A stretch of 64,000 bases of DNA from Coniocarpon cinnabarinum (taxonomy: Eukaryota), in assembly GCA_051942205.1 (NCBI GenBank), contig JAVECO010000109.1, forward strand, positions 1 through 64,000. The letters run 5' to 3'. The notes beneath the pieces were generated by a model. That model searched no databases and was not told where the DNA came from. It saw nothing but the letters and a program-made list of their open reading frames with translations. Numbering within the stretch: position 1 is the stretch's first letter; every line of letters starts with the position of its first letter. Positions 14,519 through 24,886 of the stretch are shown here, in pieces. The translations under genes were made by a program, and so were the position numbers.

Positions 14519-17305
14519 TATGGTAGCAACTACGGAACTGAACCTCAATTCTAGAGTAAAGGGACTGCAGCCTTGACCTAAAAGAATTCTTTGTGCACGA
14601 CATCAGTTATTCGATAGATTCTAGATGAGGTGCGAGAGAATTGTGAAATCTTGGCACCAAACAATACCCTGCCGTCGAGCGCTGACGCATGATGCACCTC
14701 AATTTTACACGCTAAAAACCTGCTTTTATCCGTCGTTTACACTGCATTTCTTGGCCCAGTCCATCACCGCAGGTAAAGGTGTTAATGTTAGGCATGTTTC
14801 CAAATGTCTCAAAGAGCATCAAAGGCACATACGTGCAACTTTCATTGATCTGACCATAGCGGTGGCTGTCTTGGAAGATGTCAATTGGTCACCAGGGGAC
14901 ACGCGTGGCACCCCAGATCATGGGCAGGGTGACTCATCCAATTTATGCATCTCGCATCAATGGTTGGTGTCCCCAGCCACTGCACTCGGCGTAATTCGAG
15001 ATCAAATATTTTGCTATCAAGATTGCTGGAGTGTCATCGTAGCCCGCAGGGCCTTGCCAAAGGATAATGCAGTAATCTGTGAGGTATACAGTTGTTTCGC
15101 CGGTAGCTTTGAGGACCCTGGACCCATTCATGTCTGGGATTCTTCGAGTCATCCGGTAACCACCTTTGTCCATGACCGTTGCCATGTCGCGCGCGTTGCG
15201 AAAGCCATCTGAACCACATTGCACGCATGTGCTCACGCAACCTCAGCTTCAAGGTCCACTGCAACCTCATTTGAAAACCATTCCAGGCAACAACGCGTTT
15301 TTGCTTGGCTCGCGAGCTCTGCGAGTCTTCCGAACCAGCAGCATCCACGTGTGACAGGCCAAGGTGACGTTGCAGGGGCATGGCTCGTTCAGCCGTTATA
15401 ATATTTGCAAAGCCACGATGCCCCCGCCCATGATATTCAGAAACAGCTCGTCACGAACCTTTTCGGGACCTGAGCCGCGCGGTGATCAATCATCTCTGAA
15501 AATTCAGGCCACTCAGCCTCAACGCGCTCTGCAATCCAGCGTGAATCGTAGATATCTTTTGACGGCGCCGCTACTGCAGCCACACGTCAGACGCCAGGCG
15601 GTTCCAGAGAATTCAACGGCTTGCTATACATCCGGTGATCACGACTATGCATTTGACGTTCCATCATTACTGCTTGTCTATTAATAGGATGTGCACGCGA
15701 GCGAGGGCGTTAAGTCGTATCCGGCCCCTTACCTTGCAGCGTGGGCCACCGCCATGCCGGCTGCTGATGCTGATCCGATCTCTTCTGCTGCGGATCTTGG
15801 TAGTTGGCTGGTCAGAGCGCGTAATTGGACATGCCCTTCCCCGTCTGCACTTCTTCCCCTTGGGTGAACGGCTCCACTCTCGACTCAGCACATGGATAGC
15901 ACGTGTTACGCGTCTGGAATGCATGGCAAGTACCTCACGAGCCGCTGCTCAATACGGTGTACGCCGCAAGCAGTCAGGCACCGCATGGCACCCGTCAATG
16001 CCATGCCTCGCGGCGCGCTCGCGCTCTGCTTCGGGCATTCGCTTGCGCCCGCTGAAACATGCAAATGAGTGTCCGGAGAAGCCATGCACGTATGACCGCT
16101 GGGCGATCGGACCGCAAACATCACGACCACGTGGAAAATGCCCAGGATCTCACTGCGTGAAACGTGTCTGTCGGTCTGGCGTCTATGCGACGCTGGCGAG
16201 ATAAGACACGACATCATTGTGCAGCCGGGGCATGCTATTCTTTGATTGAGCGGTCCCACGAGCGCGGGCTAGGGGGACTGGACGCGAAGCAGAATCTGCT
16301 TGACCGCAAAGTGTCGGACCCGAGTAATTGACGTGCATGCAGAGAACCTGGGATGACGCGCAGTCATTGCGTGCGCTTTGTCATTCCGAAATTCATTTGC
16401 CTGTCTTGAGCCATGCAACAGTTTGCAACTATGGATCATTGGCAGACCTGCATGAGGTGTGCAGTCATAGCCGAGTGTGGTGACTCGAATGCCTTCTAGA
16501 AGGTCACCATCTTTTCGTCATCCCGCGGCCTGCGGTACCGCGCGCGTGTGTGTGCGTCAGCGGGAGATGTACAGCATTTGTGAGACATGGCTGGTGAGCG
16601 CGCACGGACAGCAGAATGCGAGGGCTCGTTTTCGACGCCCCATCTTGGCTCTCTCTGCAGCAGAACACGACGAGCATGTACCAGGCACGATGGGTCAGAG
16701 CCACGTGGTGGATGCCCGTCTGCCTCGTCTCGGGCCGGCAGACCCTGAGAGGCGTTGGGATGTGCGATACAGCAGTCATCAGAGTGATGACACGACCGGA
16801 CGTGGGCGGGAGTGACAGGCACCGGAAGCCAAGCTTTCTTTCTCTCTCGCGCACACATGCACACTCCTTCGTTCAGGCGCAGGCGCAGGCGCAGGCGGCA
16901 GGGGTGATCACGATGCTGAGGAAAATGGGGAAGTCGGATAGGTAGGAATTGCACGGAGGAGCCTCTCTAGGTATTCTCTATTGAATGGGGCACGCTATCA
17001 CCTATCGCAGGGTTTCCTTTCTGGGAGTGCGGCTCAGCTCCGAGGGTCACGGAGAAGCCATTCACCAGTCACGTTGAGCATCACTGTAATCCTCCGTGTG
17101 TTCTGTAATTTGGCACCCGGACGGGGAGAGAGGACGACGAGCACGACTGCGCCCACCCAGCCCGTGTGTGTCCTGAGCCAATCTCGCGCGCCTGTTCGAG
17201 TGCGTTCGTGCCCGGTCCAGCAAACGTCCCCGGCGATGCCCCCCACAAGTTTTCCCAAGAGGGAGCCGTGGAGCGAGAAAGGGCCGTGGTGTTCCTCTCA
17301 GCATT

Positions 17306-17347
17306 CTCCTGCTCCTGTTCCTGCTCCTGCTCCTGCTCCTCATCCTG
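17306..17347. repeat. (CCTGCT)n-like hexanucleotide microsatellite
   Basis: ctcctgctcctgttcctgctcctgctcctgctcctcatcctgc read directly from the sequence. Confidence 0.8.
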
Positions 17348-18305
17348 CGACCACTGCTGTGTACCTGAGTACCTGTGTATGTAGCTGTGTAGCGCCCGCC
17401 TGATTCGCCCATCTCGCAGCACCACCTCATCTGGTGGTCCGTTGCGCTGGAGCCCGTGCTCGGGTAATGCGGGTGCAGTGCTGGCGGACTGCCATTTCTA
17501 GTGCCGTTCTAGTGTCGTTCTGAGCGGGTGCTGTGTCGAGCGTGCCCCGGCGGCCGGTTGCGAAGGGTGCCACGCCCCCGCTGTACCTTTCTGAGCGCGC
17601 AGCCGACCGAGAAGGGACAAGCGAGACGGAGTGACAAGTGACAAGTGAGTGACCAGACACATGGCGAGCGCGGTCCGTGCAGCCCACGCGAGCGAAGCGC
17701 AGTAGAGAGAGAGAGAGGGAGAAGGAAAAAAAAAAAAAACGCCCAGCCCCTCAAGTCCCGCGTCGGCTCGTGCTCATCACCCTCAGCCCGTCAGCACACA
17801 TTTAGCACTTCTTTTGCTGCCCTTTGACACCCCACGCTGTCAACTGTCACCACCACCACCACCTGCACAGCCCATTCCCATCTATTTTCTCCAGCTGCAC
17901 GCATCATGGCGCCACTCTGCGCGCGCCCTCCCATACTCGATGACTCAATCGCACCGACGCTCCCTCGCGCCGCGCCCTCCCATTGGACCACCTCTTCCTC
18001 CAGGCCTCCGTGATGCCTTGCACGCCTTCCCTCCTCCACGACCGCCTTCCGCCGTCTCTGGCATGCACAGGCCGGACAGCCCTCACCTCGACCGACGCTC
18101 TCGCTGCGCTCGCCCACGCGATTCCAGGGTCCACCGCCGTGCCCTGGCTACCTCTTTTCTCACTCATCATACGTCTCATCATCTCTCTCTCCCACTCTCC
18201 TGCTCACGCCCACGTGCCTGCGCTCACTCATCTCCCACCCTCCGCGCCCTCCCTCCCTCGCGTCCACTCACAACTCGCCGTTTCTTTTTTGGAAACACAT
18301 TGGGC

Positions 18306-18312
18306 TATATAA
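18306..18312 (+). promoter_or_regulatory. Candidate TATA box (TATATAA) flanked by CT-rich tracts, upstream of the GRDGYN short-ORF locus
   Basis: TATATAA at 18306, with pyrimidine-rich sequence before (17990-18290) and after (18340-18540), typical of fungal core promoters. Function is inferred. Confidence 0.5.
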
Positions 18313-18980
18313 CCGGCCCACGCGGCAGCCTGAAGCCCTGACTCTCTCCTCTCTTCCACATCCTTCTTGTACTAAATACTTGTGTTTCAAGTTCCTGGCT
18401 CCCTCCGCCACACCCTTCGCTCAATAGGCTCTCCTACTATTTAATTATCTCGTTCGCAAACAGCATTCCCTCCGACCACACCCTGACGCCGTCATCTCTC
18501 TTTCGTCCCGAGCTCAAGCTGTAGTGTCTGCCTTGTCCTTCCCACTAGCGATTATTGACACATACACACACCCTTCGACCTACAACCCTCTCGACACTTC
18601 TACGCCAATCTCCCTCGTCTGCCTGCCGCAAGTCGCCGAACGCATTCACACTACGACCTGATGTGCTCCGCGGTAACTGTCTAGTCAGCAACGCACTCTT
18701 GCAGCACGCCGGAGACAACCGTCCAGCATCTCATTCGTTTCCTTGGTCTTATTTTTTTCCCTCTTCTCAGTCAGAGTCACTTTCGCATTGCCCTCGGACT
18801 GCCGCATCCGGCCTTAGGTCTGTCTACTCGACTCAAGCATAAATACACTCTGCGCCGCAACCTTTTCTCGAATCTCCTTGTCTTCCTGACCATTACAACA
18901 ACACTACCACTTCCAACACCATACTAGACCTTCCACCAACACTCTTACTACAACCAACATCTCTCTTATTTCTCCGATAC

Positions 18981-19004
18981 ATGGGTCGAGACGGTTACAA
19001 CTAG
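18981..19004 (+). CDS. Putative 7-aa micropeptide MGRDGYN
   Basis: ATG GGT CGA GAC GGT TAC AAC TAG. The same peptide motif recurs twice downstream with only synonymous changes. Confidence 0.55.
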   Translation: MGRDGYN

Positions 19005-19221
19005 TCAGCAGATCATTCGCCACTTAGTCAGTTCAACTAAGGACACTGTTGCCACTTCACCTCATCACCAACCACTACACAACCTCGTCTCGTCTTTGCC
19101 TCCTGTCACAGACGTCAACCTTCATCTCCCTCCACACACAAGGCCACTTGTCCTTCGCACCCATCCACAGCCATCAGTACCAGGCCCCAGTGTCCCCAAA
19201 AATAAAAAAAGTACGCTACCC

Positions 19222-19452
19222 ATGGGTCGCGACGGCTACAACGGCCCGCTCACGTGCACAGCTTCCCGCATCACGACAGCACCACTCCCGCAACCGGCCA
19301 GCATATCCATCGCCATGTCTGCTTCATCGTCGCTGTCCTTCTCCGCCGCCATGTCCAGCAGCTCGAGTCTCTACCTCGCTGCCCATGACCACGAGCGACA
19401 AGCCGCCCTCGTCTGCGCTGGCCGCGACGATGGCCGCGACGGCTACAACTAG
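19222..19452 (+). CDS. Putative 76-aa small protein starting MGRDGYN and ending GRDDGRDGYN*
   Basis: ATG GGT CGC GAC GGC TAC AAC GGC ... GGC CGC GAC GAT GGC CGC GAC GGC TAC AAC TAG, with a Ser/Ala-rich linker. No ATG lies between 19004 and 19222. Confidence 0.55.
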   Translation: MGRDGYNGPLTCTASRITTAPLPQPASISIAMSASSSLSFSAAMSSSSSLYLAAHDHERQAALVCAGRDDGRDGYN

Positions 19453-21316
19453 TGCAGTCCGATTCGTCGGCTGCTTCTACACACCTCTCAACGCATCAAA
19501 TTGATTTTTCAACGCATTAATAGACTGATTGGTTCACTGGACGCAAGCAAGCATGCATGCATGCAGCATGGAACGGGATCCCGCATAGCTATGGGTGTTG
19601 ATACAAATTGTTCGCATTTTGGCGTTTTTGAGGGTTTGGGTCATTGGTGGGCGTTTCAGGCATGGGTTTGCATCGGTTTTGGATGGGCCTCGAAAAATGA
19701 AGCACGAGTGATGTACGATGATGATTTAGACTGCGAGCCTCACGGCGACACCTTTATTGTATAACAGATTGGGCATCTTGGGAATAGAGATCCGGATGGT
19801 TATTTGTTTGTTGCATACTTGTGCTTGTTTTGTCGAGGGCAAGTGATGCGAACATTGCAATTGGCGGTGTAGAGAGAGAGGCGCTGTAGACGTGTGCATT
19901 TGGCGGTGTAGAGGCGCTGTAGTCTTGTGCATGGATGCCTGGAGATGCCTGCAAGTGCCTGCGTATGCGCAGATGCCTGTTAACGCGCCAAGATTGGGGG
20001 ATAGATAAGGTAGATACCTTACGCAAAGACGCCTGCAGCCTAGCTTCTGCGGCGATTTGCACGTGAGAAACCTGCATCACAGACTACCAGTACCCTGTGC
20101 TTGTACAGGGCAGGAAATACGCCCGACGTCGAGAGATTCGAGCACATGGCGGGATTTGCGGATCTTGCGGCGTAAGTCCGGGTGGAAGCATTGGGGGGGG
20201 AGTAAGGATGGACGGGAGGAAAGGAGGTAAGGAAGGATGGAAGTAGGGAACGAGGGAAGAAGGAAACGCGAAATTACGAGAATGACGCTTGATTTTATAG
20301 CTGATACGTCTTTGTAATCGGTGGCGACTTGGTGATGTGGCGTTTTGTTAGGTGAGTGTTTTTTAGTGGCGAAGTGGCGAAGTGGCGAAGAAGTAGGTGA
20401 GGTGGCGGAGTGGCGGGGTTGCAAAGGCGTAGAACGGTGGGTGATGCATGTTGAAGAGCGTCTAGATTACAGGTGTGAAAAGAAGCAAGTAGTACAAGGA
20501 GGATACTCGCGATATTGTAGGTAAGCGAGTGTAGCGACTCGTATATGAATAAAGTGTGGCGACTTGTAAATGGATTATGTGTGGCGACTTGCATAAAGCG
20601 ACCGGTAGGTGAGCGCGTAGCGAAAGTGGTGTATAGTGAGTAGAGATCGGTGAGCGAGTACTTAGACAGCTACCTCATACTCATCAAACACACGAGCCTC
20701 TCGCCGAATACGCATAGCATAAAGCCACAGTCATTGGGATCTAGTCAAGTAAAGTAAAGTACAGCATACATCCATTGACTCCAATGCGTCAACGCAATAA
20801 CCAAGACGCATCTCAAGCTCGAACACATTGATTCCAAAAGTAAAGAGCAGAAGTGAAGCATACTAACAACTCCAATAATTGCGACCTGTAAAGACAGAGA
20901 TGGGCACAATCTGAGTAGTACTGAAACGTAATATTGACTACAATAGGGATGCGTGTAGAGACGTTGTGACAATGACTCAGATCCTGCGTCCAGTTTGAAA
21001 GTACATTTATTTGCTGTACTGGGTAATTGCTGGACCAATGGTTAGCAGCCTTGGTGTTCAAGGTGAACTCTATTAACGGGGTGGAGCGAGATGTCATGAC
21101 ATCTGGAAGCGAGAACAAGATGGGGAGAACTGGCGACATGGGACGCGAAGTCAATTGTGTGCAGTCGGTGTCAGAGGTGGTGTAAATGCAGCCAGCTCGT
21201 GTCTTGTTCCAGAAGTGGCACTCGATTCGGTGTTGCAATCGGTACATCCACTTTGAACTAGAGCCTCTTTCAAGAGCAACTTCTCCAAGACGTCGGAGGC
21301 GTTGGTCACTCCACGC

Positions 21317-24300
21317 TCACTTGCCCACACAGAACTTCTCAAACACCACACCCAACACATCCTCCGTATCACCACTCTCACCGCGCCCCGTAATCTTCCC
21401 CAATGCAATCGCTGCCGCCCGCAAATGCTCCGCCGCCGCCACAATGTCAATCTCCTGTTCTTCCACGGTCGGCAATGACCGCACCCCCATGTCAATGGAA
21501 GCACCGGATGGTACAGTGTCATTGGAAACGCCATTGCCATGACCATTGCCCTCATCAAGCCTGTCACATGCGCCACCTTCTCCACCAAGCACCTCATTAC
21601 CGTCCACGGACGCACTGCTCCCTTCCGGCCATTGCTCTCCGATTTCACGTGGCCTACAGGAGCCTTTACTCGTCGACCCCCACTCCGAGGCGTCGGATCC
21701 TGCAGCGGTTGCCTGAGAAAGGTGGTCGCGTCGGCCAACCCCGTCGCCGACGCCGCCGGCGCCGGCACAATCAACGTGATCCAAGTCCATGGACCTCGCT
21801 CCATGCGCACTGTCTTCCTGTCGAGCGCAGGGCGCGCCATCCAGTCCCCCACCAGGAAGCCGCTCCGCGAGGTCCGAGCCGTCGGAATCCGCGACGCTTT
21901 CCGCGGCGAGCCGATCTCCTCCCCTGAGTCGAGGGAGTGCGCCCACGCTGCCAACGACGCCTACGCCATTGTTTCGCAATCTTGTTTCCACATCACGGAC
22001 ATGGACGCAGCCGGCGTGATCAGTGCGATTGGCCAAGTTCGGACACGCTGCTGATGCTGCGTCAGACGCACGTTGGGGGCCGGAGCCACGTGTTGCGCCC
22101 GATGCGGCAGGGCCTGCTGGTGCACGTGCGGACACGCGGGCTCTCGGGGCAGGCTGAGGGCTCGCAGCTGCCTGTGCTTCAGCCTCAAGGGTGATGTGGG
22201 GCGGCTGTTGGGTGGTGGGAATATCATGGGCGCTGTGATGGGGGTCGGTGCCCCGACTGGACGTGCAGCGGGTGGAGCCTGGGTATGTGATGGCGATCCT
22301 GTTATCGGCGCTGTTCGTACGCTGCTGGTGGTCGGGATGCTGCTGAAACGTGGTCGTGGTCCTGGTCGTGGTCCCAGCGTCGCCGTGGAGGTGCGGTTTT
22401 GGGGCGCCGGTTGCCTGTTCGGTCACAGCGGGGGCGAGGAGGCGCTCGTTATACATGTCACGTGCAGGAGTGGGTCCAGGCGCGGTCGTGCGTCCAGGAT
22501 CGTCTGCCCTGCGTCTTGAAATACCGGGACCGGATTCCAGGAATTGAGCAGAGGATGAGCAGGACGCCAGGGAACTGCTCGTCGTGGTACGATCTGCAGG
22601 ATCTGGGCTCAGCGCAACGGGGCGACCGGCCCCTGCCACGTCTACCAGCTCGAGGAAGCGATTGAGCTCACGACGACATGTTTCCAAAAGCTGTCGCTGA
22701 CGTGCAGTCGCGCCCAGCGACTCTTGCCAGAGCGAGCGGCTATAATTTTGGGTCCACGTGTCGTGCACGTTGTCGGCAGCTTCGCTTGCTGAAACAGACG
22801 CAGCAGCAGCAGAACCGGCATGCACCTCGTCTGCAAGATTGGGTTGCAATGCTGCAGTCAGATCACGGAAGATCTTGACGACGCCGTCGAGGAAACCACG
22901 GAAGTTGCCGGGATCGTCGGTGGCGGCATGGTGTACGAGCGCAGACGAGGAACGAGAGGTGGATGCCGTTGTGGCGCTGTCAATGCCACGAGGTGCCAGG
23001 GCGGCAGCACATGATATGAGGAAGATGGAAGCGTCAGACACTGCCGGAATAGCGGCGCGCACGGCTGCTCTCAGTTGCTCGTCCCGTGTACCTGCGGATG
23101 ATGTACCGGTACAAAAGGCACTTGCCGGAGAATTGTCTGCACGGGCGGGAGGATTGAAGAGGTCGACCTTGTTGATGGCAATGACGAGTGTTTTGCCTTG
23201 CGCCGCTAGGCTATTGGCAGCAGCGACCACTTCCGCGTCGAGATCCACAGATGCGGCCGAGGCGGATGAACCAGGAGAGATGGCGAATACCACAATGACC
23301 ACATCAGATTGCTTTGCTTGAGCGTGCGAGCGACGGATGCCCTCTCGTTCAACCTCACCGACGACTTCGGCAAGCACATTGGCAGGCTCGTCGCGCTGCA
23401 ATGCTCGACGCAGCCCTGCAGTATCGCCTAAGCGACAGAAGAAACCACCGAGATCAATACCGACCTCGATAACGTCTCTCGTGGTTCCAGCCTCTTTGCT
23501 GACGATTGCCGCGTTTTTGCCCACGATCTGATTGAGAATGCTGCTCTTGCCGACGTTGGGGCTCCCAATGAGTGACACGGCAATGCCGTTGCGTAGGAGC
23601 TCACCCCGCATTGCATTTGCGAGGTGGATGTCGAGCGTCTTAGAGAGACTCCGCACCTGAGCAGCAACGCTACTAGTGAATTCCGTAGAGCTTTCGTCGA
23701 AATGCTGATCTTCGCTGAAGTCGATGAGTGCCTCGAGTTCCCCACGGGCGTGAAGCAACATGCTCTTCCACTCCTCATACTTTTCTCCAAGTCCACCTTG
23801 CGTGCCTTGCACACTAAGGCGGCGCTGCTCTTCCGTCACAGCACTGAGCGTATCGCCCAGAGCTTCAGCTTGTGTAAGATCCAATCGATCGTTGTAGAAG
23901 CCCCGCCGAGTGAACTCGCCAGGCTCGGCGTAGCGTACAGGTACTTCGGAGGTCGACGTTTTCTGGATGGCAACAAGGACGGAGGAGATGATTGCAGGTC
24001 CACCATGAATGTGGAGCTCAAGCACATCCTCGCCTGTGACCGAGCTCGGTGCTGGGAATGATAAGACTAACGCCGCCGTATCAAGGACGTCGTCGGGATT
24101 GGATGGGTGAGACAGCCTGCGCACTACGGCGCGACGGGGTTTGGGCCATTTCTGGCTTTTGCATAATGATGAATAAACCTGCCAGTTGTGAGCGCGTCTA
24201 TGAGGCGATTTGAAGATACTCTCTCATAGTCAGACTTACGTGTTTGCAACCGTGCCCAGAGACTCTGATCACCGCAATGGCAGCTCTGCCAGGTGCCGTG

Positions 24301-24521
24301 GACAGGGCATAAATGGTCGCGTCATCGTTGGTGATGCTCGGGGAGGTTTGCTGGCAGCGGGAACAGAAGTACTTGCCCTTGAACCATGAAAGTCTCGCTG
24401 ATGGTCGAGCTGTGACCCTTTCATGTTGACCTCTGGCGTTCAGGTGCCGGAAAGAAGGAGTCGATAAGAGGCGAGGGCCTTTCACGAAGCCGGGTTGTAA
24501 CAAGCGGTAGAACTGTCGCAT
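21317..24521 (-). CDS. MSS1: Mitochondrial tRNA modification GTPase MnmE/TrmE (Mss1); intron 24179-24239; carries a large low-complexity insertion
   Basis: Motifs TIYALSTAPGRAAIAVIRVSG, TGEDVLELHIHGG, AEPGEFTRR, G1 GSPNVGKS, AGTTRDVIE, DTAGLR, NKVD and C-terminal FEKFCVGK. The Arg-rich N-terminus resembles a mitochondrial presequence. Confidence 0.93.
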
Positions 24522-24886
24522 TCCATGCTTGGCTCCAATGAAGAAGCAAGTGGCCGAAAATTGGGAAGACTCTCAACTATGATTCCAAATGATAGGCGTC
24601 GACCTCCAGAGACTTCCCACTATCTCAATGAATGGCTTGTGGGCGGTATTGAAGTAGATTTCAAAGTCAAGTCCGCACAGCTAGGTAGGTAGTTTTATGT
24701 ATGATAGTTACAGGAAGCTACCAGTTTAAAACGAATAATTTGCAGCTCTAGCGCGCTGGTGGAGTGTCTCCACAATGTTGGCTCCAGACCACATCACGTG
24801 AGCGCGTCGTGTTCGCGAACGCACGTTTGGTGACGGTAGGCGCGTCTATGTCTAGATTGCAAAGCTCCTTATTTTCCGGTGAAGCA

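Noticed and set aside
15600..18340. Many overlapping 80-190-aa ORFs on both strands
   Set aside because: GC-rich, low-complexity intergenic DNA; mostly non-ATG starts, no motifs and no consistent frame.
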